Source: Hyphomonas sp. (lineage in GTDB: Bacteria; Pseudomonadota; Alphaproteobacteria; Caulobacterales; Hyphomonadaceae). Taken from it: 64,000 nucleotides of DNA. The DNA lies in assembly GCA_020425315.1 (NCBI GenBank), contig JAGQRO010000093.1, forward strand, positions 5,554 to 69,553, in the 5' to 3' direction. Positions 43,042-53,695 of the stretch are shown in pieces. The translations under genes and the position numbers were made by a program. The notes under the pieces were generated by a model. The model was not told the origin of the DNA. It did not search any database and worked only from the letters and a program-made list of their open reading frames with translations. Within the stretch, counting starts at the first letter, position 1. Each line of letters begins with the position of its first letter.

Positions 43042-44199
43042 ATGCCCAATTCCAAGCGCGTTCTCCTCATTGGCGGAGGAGGGCCAACTGGCCCCCTGAT
43101 CGTCAATGCCCTCCTCTCCGAAGGACATGAGGTCTCGGTCATGAATACAGGCCGGCACCCGGTCGAGTATGACGGCCCCGTCGAGCGGATCATTGCCGAC
43201 CCGAATTTTCTTGAACCGGTGTCCGAGGCAATCAAGGGACGCTTTTTCAACACTGCTATCGCCTCATACGGCCGGCTGCGCTATGTTGCCCAGGCGCTGA
43301 CCGGTCACGTCGAACACCTGATCGGCGTCACATCGACCTTTTATCCCAACTGGATCGATCCGCCCGCAACGGTCCGGCCCACGTCTGAATCCGGGCAAGC
43401 ACGTGATTGGGACGTGACCTACCTGGACGAGGGCGTGCCCATGCGGGTCGAAACGCCGCTCGATCCGGTCGGAAAGTTCGGCGCGCGCGTGGTTGAGACC
43501 GATACGGCCCTGCAATGGGGCCACCAGCACGGCGACTATATCGGAACGATTCTTCGTTATCCCCGCATCTATGGCCCTCGCCAGCCGGGCGCCGCCGAAT
43601 GGAGCATCATCCGGCGCCTGCTGGATGGGCGTGAACGCATCATCGTTCCCGAAGGCGGATTCCTGCTCAACAGCGCCCTCTATGCCGGTAACGCTGCACG
43701 CATCGTGCTGGCGGCCTTTCGCGACCGCGACGCCTCAGGTGGTCAGATCTTCAATTGCGCCGATCCTGAGCCGGTAACCCATCGCAAATGGATCCGGCTG
43801 ATTTCCGAAATCATGGGCAAGGAAGTAGAGACGGTGTCCGTACCGGCAGCTCTGGCGCGGCCTGCCTGGCCTTATGCGCGCTGGCCGCTGACCGTTGGCC
43901 ACCACATCCTCGATACCGGCAATCTGCAACGGCTGGACTATCTGCCTGTGCCGATGAACCAGGCACTACGCCAAACGGTGGAGTGGTATCTGGAAGATCC
44001 GGAAGGCCGCGGCTCGGCCGTGGAACCGCAGCTGCGGGACACGTTCAGCTACGAACTCGAGGACAAGATTCTCTCCGAGCTGGATCGCGCCCGGACGGCA
44101 ATTGAAAGCCTGCAATTTCCGGAGTTCGACATGTCGCACTATTACGCGCATCCGAAAGCCCCTGCCCGTGAATCGGTGGACTCTCCACCGCCAGCATGA
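43042..44199 (+). CDS. NAD-dependent epimerase/dehydratase family protein (atypical SDR)
   Basis: VLLIGGGGPTG, ILRYPRIYGP, IFNCAD; no clear YxxxK. Confidence 0.7.
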   Translation: MPNSKRVLLIGGGGPTGPLIVNALLSEGHEVSVMNTGRHPVEYDGPVERIIADPNFLEPVSEAIKGRFFNTAIASYGRLRYVAQALTGHVEHLIGVTSTFYPNWIDPPATVRPTSESGQARDWDVTYLDEGVPMRVETPLDPVGKFGARVVETDTALQWGHQHGDYIGTILRYPRIYGPRQPGAAEWSIIRRLLDGRERIIVPEGGFLLNSALYAGNAARIVLAAFRDRDASGGQIFNCADPEPVTHRKWIRLISEIMGKEVETVSVPAALARPAWPYARWPLTVGHHILDTGNLQRLDYLPVPMNQALRQTVEWYLEDPEGRGSAVEPQLRDTFSYELEDKILSELDRARTAIESLQFPEFDMSHYYAHPKAPARESVDSPPPA

Positions 44200-44232
44200 C
44201 AGGCAGTCTGCAGAAAACGGACTTTCCTGCCA

Positions 44233-45510
44233 CTATCCGGCAGGCGCGAAACTCACTTCCCCCGTCAGTTCGATGTCCTTGCGAAGTGAGCGCGTGGCGG
44301 CGACATATGCGGCCACTGAGAGAATGCTGGCGGCGACCCCGGCCAGTAATGCGAAACGCAATGAATTGTCGCCGAAGTGCGGCCTCAACAAATCACTGAC
44401 GATCCCGATTGCAAGCGGACCGAGTCCGAGACCGATCAGATTGCCAATCAGCATCTGGATAGCTGCAGCTCTTGCCCGCATGCGAACCGGTGCGAGCGTC
44501 TGCACGGTCGCGATCAGAGGGCCGATAAACGCCATCCCCAGAGCGAGCGGCACCGCGAGCGCGGCAATAGCAACCAGGCTGTGGTCGACAAGAATGACGA
44601 CCGGCCAGAACGGCAGCGGTAACAGCGCTGCGAACGCCGGTACATACATGTTCCAGCGAATATCCTTCCGGCTGAGCCGGTCAGCCATCAGGCCGGACAG
44701 GAATGTTACCGTGCCGCCGCCAAGGCCGACCAGCAGGGCAAGGATCAGGCCGATGTCCGCTGGGCTCAATCCGTGCGAGCGCATCAGGAACGAGGGCACG
44801 AACATCGTCACGCCATAGCTCGCAAAAGCGCTGAGCCCGCCCCCTATGATCAGCCAAAGGTATGACTTTCGCTGCCATAGGACACGTACCGTCTCAGAAA
44901 GGCCCGGCTGCTCCGCATCCGGATTGACCGCCAACCTCACCGGTTCCCTGACACCCGCTAGGAAGATCAGCAAGAGGACAAAGCCGGGCAAGCCAGCAGC
45001 GATGAAGGCGAAACGCCATCCAAATGCCTCAGCAATCCATCCACCACAGAAAAAGGCGATCATCAGGCCCACATTCACCCCGACGGCATAGCCTGCCTGC
45101 GCCGACGCACGCTCGTGTGGCTTGAAGAGATCCGAGATGATGGATTGGGACGCGGGGCCCGTGCCGGCTTCGCCCACGCCCGTGAGCACGCGCGCCACAA
45201 GCAATTGCCAGAACTGTGTGGCAAGCCCGCAGACAAGAGTCATCAGGCTGAAAAAGCCGAGTGACCAGCCTATAAGGGCCTTGCGGTTCGTTCGGTCTGC
45301 CAGCATGGCCAGCGGAACTCCCACGGTGGCATAGAACAGCGCGAAGGCCGGGCCAGCGAGCAGCCCGAGCACCGTATCCGATACGTGAAACTCCGACTTG
45401 ATCGGATCCAGCAGGATCGCGACGATTTGCCGGTCGATGTAGTTCACGCTGTAGATCGCGCTGAGGATGATGACCACAAGGATCTTGTTTTGGTGACTTT
45501 GTCCGATCAC
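44233..45510 (-). CDS. MFS transporter, spinster family
   Basis: NYIDRQ, FALFYATVGVP, ADRTNRK, GVGEAG. Confidence 0.9.
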   Translation of the reverse strand: MIGQSHQNKILVVIILSAIYSVNYIDRQIVAILLDPIKSEFHVSDTVLGLLAGPAFALFYATVGVPLAMLADRTNRKALIGWSLGFFSLMTLVCGLATQFWQLLVARVLTGVGEAGTGPASQSIISDLFKPHERASAQAGYAVGVNVGLMIAFFCGGWIAEAFGWRFAFIAAGLPGFVLLLIFLAGVREPVRLAVNPDAEQPGLSETVRVLWQRKSYLWLIIGGGLSAFASYGVTMFVPSFLMRSHGLSPADIGLILALLVGLGGGTVTFLSGLMADRLSRKDIRWNMYVPAFAALLPLPFWPVVILVDHSLVAIAALAVPLALGMAFIGPLIATVQTLAPVRMRARAAAIQMLIGNLIGLGLGPLAIGIVSDLLRPHFGDNSLRFALLAGVAASILSVAAYVAATRSLRKDIELTGEVSFAPAG

Positions 45511-45550
45511 TTCGCCTACGCTCCTCCTTGTCGGTCTACGGACTTGTGGC

Positions 45551-46072
45551 TCACGACCACATATCCATCAGGATGTGCCAGCTTTCTTCGCCGCTAAGCT
45601 TCTGGGAGGGAACAAATCGGCCAAAGCGGCTCTTTTGGAAAACCAGCGGCGGGGCATCCATCGTCCCGGTAGAGACGACCTCGCCAATGATGATCGTGTG
45701 GTCCCCTGCCATGCAGAGATTCGCGACATGGCATTCGATACGGGCCACCGCTCCATCAATGTGCGGAGGTGGCGCATGGCGGTCCTCAGGCAGGCGCGCA
45801 AGACCGGAAGCGCCGGAACGGGCAAAGTCGAGCGCAATGTCGGCCTGGCTTTCAGAAAGGATGTGAATCGCGAAGGGCGCGCCATGCTCAAACGCCGGAA
45901 GATGCCGGCTGCGGTTGTCGAGACACCAGAGGACCATGGGCGGGTCCAGTGAGACCGAGGAAAACGAATTCGCCGTGATGCCGATAGGCCCGCCATCCTT
46001 GCCATAGGCCGTCACCACGGTGACACCTGTCGCGAAAAGGCCGAAGACCTGCCGGAGGTCACGCGCGTCCAT
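45551..46072 (-). CDS. Flavin reductase (HpaC-like)
   Basis: FATGVTVVT, ANSFSSVSLDPP, GDHTIIIGEV. Confidence 0.92.
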   Translation of the reverse strand: MDARDLRQVFGLFATGVTVVTAYGKDGGPIGITANSFSSVSLDPPMVLWCLDNRSRHLPAFEHGAPFAIHILSESQADIALDFARSGASGLARLPEDRHAPPPHIDGAVARIECHVANLCMAGDHTIIIGEVVSTGTMDAPPLVFQKSRFGRFVPSQKLSGEESWHILMDMWS

Positions 46073-46104
46073 GGGTCAATTCCCCATCGGGTCCACGGTT
46101 CGAG

Positions 46105-47274
46105 TCATTTACCCTCCTCAGGCCCCGCAATGGCGTTCCCTGCATGCAGGTGTTCGATTTCCTCCGCCGCAAATCCGTAGTTCGCCAGAACTTCATCCGT
46201 ATGCGCACCGGGCATCGCGGGCGCTTCACAAGTGCCAGCCTGCGTGCGGCTGAAACGGGGTGCGGGCGCAGGCTGGGAGACCCCGCCAATATCGACATAT
46301 ACGCCACGGTCCTTGTTGTGGGGATGCGACGGCGCCTCAGTCATGCGCAGGACCGGCGCGAAGCAAACATCGGTATCCTGCAACAGCGTGGTCCATTCAT
46401 CCCGGGTGCGGGATTTGAAGACGTTTTCCATGATGACACGCTGCTCCGGCCATAGCCGTGGATCATTGCGATTGCCAAAGACCTCGGCATCTATTTCCAG
46501 CCGCGCCATGAGTTCGGCGAAAAATTGCGGCTCCAGGGAGCCAATGGTCACATACTCTCCATCGGCACATTCATAGACGGCATAGAAAGGCGCGCCGCCG
46601 TTCAGGATGGTTTCGCCGCGTTTCTCCTGGAACATTCCCTGCGCCAGCATGCCATGCACGCCAGCCATCAGCAGCGCGGCCCCATCGACCATGGCCGCAT
46701 CGACGACCTGCCCCCTTCCGGACCCGCGCGCCTCGAGCAGGGCACACACCATGCCGAACGCCAGGATCAATCCGCCACCACCGAAGTCGCCAACAAGGTT
46801 GAGGGGCGGCACCGGCGGGCCATTCTTGCTGCCGATGCTGAACAGGGCGCCCGTGAGCGCAATATAATTGATGTCGTGGCCGGCCGTCAGCGCCAACGGG
46901 CCGTCCTGACCCCAGCCCGTCATGCGGCCAATCACAAGGCGAGGATTGCGGGCCAGCAGATCGTCCGGCGCGAAGCCGAGGCGTTCGAGAACACCCGGCC
47001 GGAAACCTTCGATCAGGCCGTCGGCCTGCTCAATCATCCGCATCAGCGCCTGCTTTCCATCCGGATGCTTCAGGTCCAGGCGGACATTCTTCCGGTTGCG
47101 AGCCAGGACGTCGAACTTCGGGTCCACGCCAATGCCGGACCCGCCTCCCATACGGTCTATGCGGATCACCTCCGCACCCATGTCGGCGAGCAGCATGGCG
47201 CCAAAGGGTGCAGGGCCCAATCCGGCAAGCTCGATGATACGAACGCCCGACAAGGGCCCCTTGCCGGAACTCAT
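46105..47274 (-). CDS. CaiB/BaiF family protein, alpha-methylacyl-CoA racemase-like
   Basis: GLGPAPF, EGFRPGV.ERLG, AGHDINY, NLVGDFGGG, PAPAPRFSRT. Confidence 0.9.
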   Translation of the reverse strand: MSSGKGPLSGVRIIELAGLGPAPFGAMLLADMGAEVIRIDRMGGGSGIGVDPKFDVLARNRKNVRLDLKHPDGKQALMRMIEQADGLIEGFRPGVLERLGFAPDDLLARNPRLVIGRMTGWGQDGPLALTAGHDINYIALTGALFSIGSKNGPPVPPLNLVGDFGGGGLILAFGMVCALLEARGSGRGQVVDAAMVDGAALLMAGVHGMLAQGMFQEKRGETILNGGAPFYAVYECADGEYVTIGSLEPQFFAELMARLEIDAEVFGNRNDPRLWPEQRVIMENVFKSRTRDEWTTLLQDTDVCFAPVLRMTEAPSHPHNKDRGVYVDIGGVSQPAPAPRFSRTQAGTCEAPAMPGAHTDEVLANYGFAAEEIEHLHAGNAIAGPEEGK

Positions 47275-47963
47275 TGCTTGCCGCCTACGGGCGGCTGGTT
47301 CTCGCTCGCGTCCCAGATGTCCTTGTCCGGCACGGCCATCAGCTTCTCGTAGATGCCGGGCGGATAGTTCGTCATGTGAGGGCCAGGGCCCTTCGTATCC
47401 GCCTGAGGCACGGGTTGGTCCGGTGCCTCGAAGGCGGGCGGATTGCGGAAACGCTCGAGATCTTCAGGGCTGATTCCGGCGCGCGCGACCACGTCCGGGT
47501 CGATCCAGTTCTCTGGATTGATTGCAGCATCCGAGCAGGACAATTCCAGGGCGAGTCCCTCGGGCCCGGCGAAATAGATAGACTTGCAGAATCCATGATC
47601 GACAGGCCCCAAGACCGGCACACCCTTTGACCGGAGACGGTTCTGCATCCGATGAAGATCGTCCACGTCGGTGACCTTGAGGGCGATGTGCTGGGTCGTG
47701 CCAGCGGCGCTCGGCGCTGTCGGGTTGCCGGCATGCGTTTCGCCGAACTTCGGCGTGACTTTTCCGACGGCCGGGCTCTGCACGAAGGCTACCGAGCTTT
47801 CGTCGTTCATCCGCAGGAAACCGTGCCAGGTCTCCTTGGCGCCATGCATCCAGTACAGTGCGACGAGTTCCATGCCGAGCTTGTCCGTGAAGAAATCAAT
47901 CTGCGATTTGATGTCGGCCGTGCTGATGGCGAGATGGTGTAGTCCCTGCACCCTGTTGTCCAT
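47271..47963 (-). CDS. VOC (glyoxalase/dioxygenase) family protein
   Basis: GLHHLAI, FFTDKLGM.L, QHIAL, DHGFCKSIYF.GPEG..LEL; start ATG 47963 (47969 possible). Confidence 0.85.
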   Translation of the reverse strand: MDNRVQGLHHLAISTADIKSQIDFFTDKLGMELVALYWMHGAKETWHGFLRMNDESSVAFVQSPAVGKVTPKFGETHAGNPTAPSAAGTTQHIALKVTDVDDLHRMQNRLRSKGVPVLGPVDHGFCKSIYFAGPEGLALELSCSDAAINPENWIDPDVVARAGISPEDLERFRNPPAFEAPDQPVPQADTKGPGPHMTNYPPGIYEKLMAVPDKDIWDASENQPPVGGKQ

Positions 47964-48006
47964 GTTCATCTCCTCTCGGTTGGTCCGCGCCCCCGCGGAC
48001 CGGTCA

Positions 48007-48804
48007 CTACTTGCCCTGGAACTTCGGTGGACGCTTTTCAAGAAAGGCCTTCGGGCCTTCGACCGCATCCTCGGTATTGTGTACCCGCGCGGAATATTCA
48101 GCCTCGATGGCGAGCGCTTCCTGTTCCGGAATGCCTGTGGTCGCCCGCACGGAATCCCGTACTGCCTGAACGGCCAGCGGCCCGTTGGCAGCGATCTGGC
48201 CCGCGATCTTCAGCGCCGCCCCCATCAGGTCTTCCGGCGGCACGACTGCATTCACGAACCCATACCGAAGCGCATCGTCGGCAGAAAATGGCTCGCCTGT
48301 CAGCAGCACATGCATGGCGTGCGCAAAGGGAATTTGATCGCGCAGCCGTACCGTGGATCCACCGCCCGGGAACAGACCGACTTTCACTTCCGGGATGCCG
48401 AACGTCGCATGCGGAACACAGACGCGAATGTCCGTGTTCATCACAAGCTCCATACCGCCGGCAACCGCGTGTCCATTGACCGCCGCGATGACAGGCTTGC
48501 CGACATCTGTCTTGAACGGCCCGCCTGATTTGCGGATTGCCAGCCAGCGATGCTCCCACTCCGTCTCAGGCGCCCGTGCGCCGGTCATAAGCGGAATCAC
48601 GGCATCGAGATCGCCGCCAGCACAGAATGCCTTCGAGCCCGCGCCGGTCAGCACCGCAACGCGGATGTCAGAAGACTCCCGCACCTGTTCGAAAATGTCG
48701 ATCAGGCGCACCGCCATTTCGGCGTCCATGGCGTTCAGCTGCTTCGGACGGTTGAGCGTGATGACCGCGATCGCGTCGCGCAGTTCCAGATCCACTACGG
48801 GCAA
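48007..48804 (-). CDS. Enoyl-CoA hydratase (crotonase family)
   Basis: LNRP..LNA, FCAGGDL, AGGMEL, PEVKVG (both Glu); TTG start at 48804 with GGAGA 7 nt upstream. Confidence 0.88.
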   Translation of the reverse strand: MPVVDLELRDAIAVITLNRPKQLNAMDAEMAVRLIDIFEQVRESSDIRVAVLTGAGSKAFCAGGDLDAVIPLMTGARAPETEWEHRWLAIRKSGGPFKTDVGKPVIAAVNGHAVAGGMELVMNTDIRVCVPHATFGIPEVKVGLFPGGGSTVRLRDQIPFAHAMHVLLTGEPFSADDALRYGFVNAVVPPEDLMGAALKIAGQIAANGPLAVQAVRDSVRATTGIPEQEALAIEAEYSARVHNTEDAVEGPKAFLEKRPPKFQGK

Positions 48805-48850
48805 GGTCGGGTCTCCTGAACAGGAGCTGACGGTTTCGGCATCCGGGGGA

Positions 48851-50047
48851 TCATACCAGGATACCTGGAATTTCGTCGCCCAGCATGGCAGCGCCGTGCA
48901 GTTCAAGCCGTGCGTCCAGATCAAATACAATATGTGCGCCAACCGTATTGATGTCCCGGGCCGCACGACCGAGCGGGCTCGACTGGAAATGACCGGAGGC
49001 ACCGGCCGCTTCACAGACATAGGCGATCACGCTCTTGCATTGATCGACAGCGAAGGCGAGTTGCGTCGCCCAGCGTGTGCGATCCAGCCGGGTGGCGGAG
49101 TTGCGCAGCTTCATCACGTCTTCTACAAGATTGCGAAGCAGGAAGTAAATCTGGTCGACCTGCACTTCGGCGTGGGCAAGGCGCATATGGCTCGCGGCGC
49201 CGACACGGCGTGTGCCGCCATTTGCCTTGCGGTCAAGCAGCCGGTCCCGGAACATCCGCACGCAGGCCCTGGCCTGGCCGAGCGCCGGCATGGCTGCAGC
49301 AAGGCCGAGCGTCGGCAGCATGGGGGTGCTGTAAAGCGGGTTCGAATGGACTTTTGCGCCGGGAGACCGGCCCTCGATCATGTCCTGGAAAGACAACATC
49401 CGGCCTTCGGGGATGAACGCGTCCTCGATGATCACGTCATTGCTGCCGGTTCCCTGCATGCCATCGACAAACCAGACATCCTCGACCTTCACTTCCGATC
49501 TCGGCAGGGCGAAGAACATCGGCGCCCGCTTGCCGTCTTCGCCGGTCACGATGGCCGCCGGCAGCACCCAGTCGGCATGCATGATGCCCGTGCTCCACGA
49601 CCAGCGACCGTTGAGACGGTAACCACCCTTTTCCTTGGTCACCTGCCCCGTGGGCGACAGCATGGCCGGCGCGAGCGCGTAGCTCTTGTCGGCGAAGAGT
49701 TCATTCTGGAATTCTTCCGGGAACAGGCAAAAAATCCAGACATGCTCGATATAGAAGTTGGCGACCCACGCCATCGAGGCATCGCCCTCGCTGAGGGCAA
49801 GCCCGACCTCGAAAAACGTATCGAGGTCGAGCTCCAGTCCGCCGAATTTGCGTGGAGACATCAGTTTGAAGATCTCAGCATCCTTGAGCGCCTGTATCAC
49901 TTGATCCGTCGGCCGGCGAAGCTGTTCGGCTTCATGGGCCTGCTCGGCGAGAAGCGCGGACAAATCCCGTGCTCTCTGGATGAGTTCCGGACCGGTCGTG
50001 AGCGTTGACTGCTCCTTCCGGGCCAACTCGGCTGCCTTCGATGTCAT
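48851..50047 (-). CDS. Flavin-dependent monooxygenase, oxygenase component (HsaA-like, ACAD fold)
   Basis: P.KFGG.E, LNGRWSWSTG..HADW, W...GMQGTGSND, RDI....AH; start 50047 by RBS (50062 possible). Confidence 0.85.
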   Translation of the reverse strand: MTSKAAELARKEQSTLTTGPELIQRARDLSALLAEQAHEAEQLRRPTDQVIQALKDAEIFKLMSPRKFGGLELDLDTFFEVGLALSEGDASMAWVANFYIEHVWIFCLFPEEFQNELFADKSYALAPAMLSPTGQVTKEKGGYRLNGRWSWSTGIMHADWVLPAAIVTGEDGKRAPMFFALPRSEVKVEDVWFVDGMQGTGSNDVIIEDAFIPEGRMLSFQDMIEGRSPGAKVHSNPLYSTPMLPTLGLAAAMPALGQARACVRMFRDRLLDRKANGGTRRVGAASHMRLAHAEVQVDQIYFLLRNLVEDVMKLRNSATRLDRTRWATQLAFAVDQCKSVIAYVCEAAGASGHFQSSPLGRAARDINTVGAHIVFDLDARLELHGAAMLGDEIPGILV

Positions 50048-50100
50048 TCTGCGCTCCATCATATTCGGTACTTCGTGTGTTTCAGGCAGGACCGACCCTG

Positions 50101-52386
50101 CTAGTGGAACCGGTAGCGTGCCTGAAGCGCGATCGTACGGGGCGGGTCCACGTACGTTTGGTAGTTGTTTCCGAGAATATTCGACAACGGAATGTCGTTG
50201 GCGAAGTGGAAAGTGGTCTCATCCGTGAGATTCTTGCCGATCAGCGAGAACTGCCAGGTGTCGTCTGGCGAGGTCATGGCGATAGACGCGTCGAGCTTGG
50301 CAAAAGAATCCTGCCGGACGAACGGATCGAGATCCGCCTCCGTGTAGAACTCGGTCGTCGCGAAGAGCCGGCCATCCAGGGCGTAGGTCCAGCCATTGGC
50401 AAGCTGGTCTTCCCAGCGTGCCGTAATCGACCCCGACCATTCCGGAGAGAAGGTCAGTTCCTTTCCGGACAAGTCGCAGAAAGAGCCCTGACCGTATGCA
50501 CAGGGACCACCCTGATACATGTCGTAGTAGGCGTCGAGATACGTCGCCGCGAACGACAGGGTCAGCTGGTTCGTGGCGGCCAGCTGGGTCTGGAATTCGG
50601 CCCCGGAACTGATCGCCTGCGCCGCGTTGCCGACGATCAATGCCGCGACCCCGTCAAACTGGCTGACCTGCAGATTGTCGTACTGGTTGTAGAAAACCGC
50701 CGCCTGCGTCCGCATGCGTCCATTCAGGCTGTCAGCCTTGAGGCCGACCTCGTAGCTGTCGACGGTCTCGTCATCGAAATTGATGTTGTCGAGATTGCCC
50801 GAAATGTCCGACTCGTCAAATCCGCCGGCCTTGAATCCCTGCGTATACGACGCATAGTACATCACGTCGTTGGGCTTGTAGCGAAGGGTAAGCGCAAAGG
50901 AATCATCATCCGTGCTGCGTTCGATACCCTTGTAGAAGTGCGCCACTCCAAGGCCGAGACCCGTGTAAAGCGTGATCGATGGATCCGGCACATCGGAACC
51001 ATACTGCGACCAATAGAGCTCCTTGTTCGCCTTCTTCTGGTCGTCCGTGTGGCGATATCCGAGAATAGCCGAGAAATCGTCCGTCAAGTTCCAGGTGCCC
51101 TCGGCAAACATGGACCAGCTATCCGTAGTCTGACTGAAATTCTGAATCCGGTAGGTACTGCCGAACGGGAGTGGCGTCTGGGCGAAGTCGATCGCAAAGT
51201 CCTTCGCGTTCTTGAACTTCTCGGTCGCAAGGTAGATCCCGCCAGTGTACTCGAATTTCCGGCCGGTCGGCGAAGCAAGACGCAACTCCTGCGCCCAGGA
51301 GTGCCAGTGCTGACCCCACTGCTGATGCAGGAAGTCCAGCGGCGTGAAGTCGGCGTCGAAAGAGTAGCCGACATCGAACCCGACATAGCTCGAAATGCTG
51401 GTGAGCGTGTATTCGCCAATATCCAGGTTAACCGTCAGCGTACCGTTGTACGTGGTGTCGTCCTCATACTCCCGATTGAACGGCGCAGCGACACCGGAAC
51501 CGGATTTCTTGTGGTCCAGATTGAACTCGGCGCCAGGGTCGACCGTCGCGATCAGCTGCTGAAGTAGAGGTGAGGCCTGGGTAACCTGGGAACGGCCGCC
51601 TTCCATTGCGCCATCGCCGTACTCACCCTTCAAGGTGACTTCGAGCGTGTCGGTCGGGGTCCACACGAGCGTTCCCCGTCCGACGAGATCGTCACGCGAA
51701 GGCTCGTCCACATGGTCGAATGTGTTCTCTACGTACCCGTCTGTCTGGAACGATCTCAAGACAAGCCGGCCGAGGAGATTTTCCGTGATCGGACCGGAGA
51801 TTATGCCGGTCGTCTGGAACGTTCCGAACTCAGGTTCGACATGCAGGTCGACCGAGGCTTCGAATTCGTCTCCGGGTTTGCGGGTCTGGATGTTGAACGC
51901 GCCGGCGGTCGTGTTCTTGCCAAACAGAATAGGCTGGGGCCCCTTCAGGACTTCGATGCTCTCGACATCCAGGAAAGCGTGACGGGACGAGCGTCCCCGG
52001 CCATAGTGCACGCCGTCGACAAAAGTGCCGACCGACATTTCAAAGCCCTGGTTCTGACCGGAGCCGATGCCGCGAATGAACAGCAGGTCGCCAACAGGCG
52101 TCGGCGTCACATTGACGCCCGGCTCCGATTGCAGGGCCTCATCGAGGCGCTGCACACCAAGCCGGTCGAGGTCTGCACCGGTAACGACCGAGACAGACAA
52201 AGGAACTGTGACCAAGTTTTCCTCGCGCTTGCGCGCCGTGACGATGACCTGGTCGAGCGTCCGTGTCGTGGTTTCTTCGTTCGCTTCCTGCGCATTGGCA
52301 ACGCCGATACCGGTGAGTGCGACAACAGCAGTAGCGGTCGAGGTCAGCGCGCGGACCCGCGCCTTCCGTCCAGTCTTGGTGAACAT
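50101..52386 (-). CDS. TonB-dependent receptor
   Basis: VIVTARKREE, IEVLKGPQ..LFGKN, GFKAGGF, KNLTDE. Confidence 0.93.
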   Translation of the reverse strand: MFTKTGRKARVRALTSTATAVVALTGIGVANAQEANEETTTRTLDQVIVTARKREENLVTVPLSVSVVTGADLDRLGVQRLDEALQSEPGVNVTPTPVGDLLFIRGIGSGQNQGFEMSVGTFVDGVHYGRGRSSRHAFLDVESIEVLKGPQPILFGKNTTAGAFNIQTRKPGDEFEASVDLHVEPEFGTFQTTGIISGPITENLLGRLVLRSFQTDGYVENTFDHVDEPSRDDLVGRGTLVWTPTDTLEVTLKGEYGDGAMEGGRSQVTQASPLLQQLIATVDPGAEFNLDHKKSGSGVAAPFNREYEDDTTYNGTLTVNLDIGEYTLTSISSYVGFDVGYSFDADFTPLDFLHQQWGQHWHSWAQELRLASPTGRKFEYTGGIYLATEKFKNAKDFAIDFAQTPLPFGSTYRIQNFSQTTDSWSMFAEGTWNLTDDFSAILGYRHTDDQKKANKELYWSQYGSDVPDPSITLYTGLGLGVAHFYKGIERSTDDDSFALTLRYKPNDVMYYASYTQGFKAGGFDESDISGNLDNINFDDETVDSYEVGLKADSLNGRMRTQAAVFYNQYDNLQVSQFDGVAALIVGNAAQAISSGAEFQTQLAATNQLTLSFAATYLDAYYDMYQGGPCAYGQGSFCDLSGKELTFSPEWSGSITARWEDQLANGWTYALDGRLFATTEFYTEADLDPFVRQDSFAKLDASIAMTSPDDTWQFSLIGKNLTDETTFHFANDIPLSNILGNNYQTYVDPPRTIALQARYRFH

Positions 52387-52441
52387 TGCATTCCTCCCTT
52401 AGAATACATACGGGCTTTCATCGGACGCTCCTGTTCCGTTA

Positions 52442-53656
52442 TTATTCCGCGGCTCTTTTGCTTCTCGGCTTGTGGAAATCATCATTGGAGGAGCCGAGCG
52501 CCCCCAATATGTCTTCATTATCCTGACCGACGGCGGGCGCCGGATTCCGGATTCGCGTGGGTGTACGCGAGAACTTCACAGACGGTCCCGTAAGAGGCGC
52601 CTCGACGCCATCGACGAGCCGGACTGTCTGCAGCATGTCCCGCGACGCGGTATGATCTTCGCCCGCAACATCCCCGAACGTGTTGACGCGTGTCGCGGCC
52701 AGTCCTTTCGCGGCAAACGCCTCGACGACCTCCTGCGCCGGTCGCGTCAGGCACCATTCGGCAAGCAGATTGTTCAGCTCTTCGCGCCGTTCCAGGCGTT
52801 GCGGCAGCCGGAGACCCGTCATGTCAGGCCGGCCGATCAGCTTCGCCATCGCATCCCAGTGCGAATCGAGCAGCGTCGCGATGTAGGCAGAACCATCCTT
52901 GCACTGAAAGACATTCGCCGGCATCGCGGTCGGAAACTGGTTGCCGGTCTTCGGAATATCGATCCCGTAGGCTCCGGCGGTCAGATGGCCGTTGCTGGCA
53001 TAGAGCAGGCAATCGATCAGCGCCACATCGACATGCTGGCCTTCGCCCGTGCGGTCCCTGTGACGCAAGGCAGCGAAAGTTCCCAGTGCAGCGTGAAGGC
53101 CGGCCAAATCGTCCCCGAGGAACGTCGGCGCCTTCATGGGTGGCTGCTCGGGCTCCCCCGCAATGGACGTCCAACCGCAATAGTTCTGAGCGACCGGATC
53201 GTAGCACGCGCGATCCGACAGAGTTCCGAACTGTCCAAACCCGCTGATGGAAACGTACACAATATCAGGTTTGACCCTGGCGACATCGTCGTAGCCGATC
53301 CCCCAGGATGCAAGCGTTCCCGGACGAAAATTCTCAATGACGACATCCGCCCCTTCGCAGAGTTTCAGGAAGGCTGCGCGCCCTTCCGGTTCTCTCACAT
53401 CGAGGGAAACGTTCCTTTTGTTGCGGTTCACCGTTTCGTGCATGATCATCAGGCCCGACCCCGGAATGCCGAAAGGCTGGCGCCGCATCACTTCGCCAGC
53501 GGGGTGCTCCACCTTGATCACCTCCGCACCGAAATCGGCCAGCACACAGCCGGCCATCGGGCCCGCCCAGGATGTGGTCAGTTCGACGACGACCAGGCCT
53601 TCACAGGGACCGGCGCAGTCGGCCCGTGAGTTCCGGTAAAAGTCCGCCTTTTTCAT
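52442..53656 (-). CDS. Family III CoA transferase (CaiB/BaiF)
   Basis: AGP....LADFGAEVIKVE, NRNKR, ENFRPG, SGFGQ.G, GD..AG, GEGQHVDVAL.D. Confidence 0.92.
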   Translation of the reverse strand: MKKADFYRNSRADCAGPCEGLVVVELTTSWAGPMAGCVLADFGAEVIKVEHPAGEVMRRQPFGIPGSGLMIMHETVNRNKRNVSLDVREPEGRAAFLKLCEGADVVIENFRPGTLASWGIGYDDVARVKPDIVYVSISGFGQFGTLSDRACYDPVAQNYCGWTSIAGEPEQPPMKAPTFLGDDLAGLHAALGTFAALRHRDRTGEGQHVDVALIDCLLYASNGHLTAGAYGIDIPKTGNQFPTAMPANVFQCKDGSAYIATLLDSHWDAMAKLIGRPDMTGLRLPQRLERREELNNLLAEWCLTRPAQEVVEAFAAKGLAATRVNTFGDVAGEDHTASRDMLQTVRLVDGVEAPLTGPSVKFSRTPTRIRNPAPAVGQDNEDILGALGSSNDDFHKPRSKRAAE

Positions 53657-53695
53657 CCTGTTTCTCCCTGATCGCTCTCTCGCGGAGCTTCCGTG

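Noticed and set aside
48353-51567. Long plus-strand ORFs of 551 and 520 aa (also 14056-15396 minus and similar)
   Set aside because: Antisense shadows of well-supported genes in high-GC DNA; no motifs
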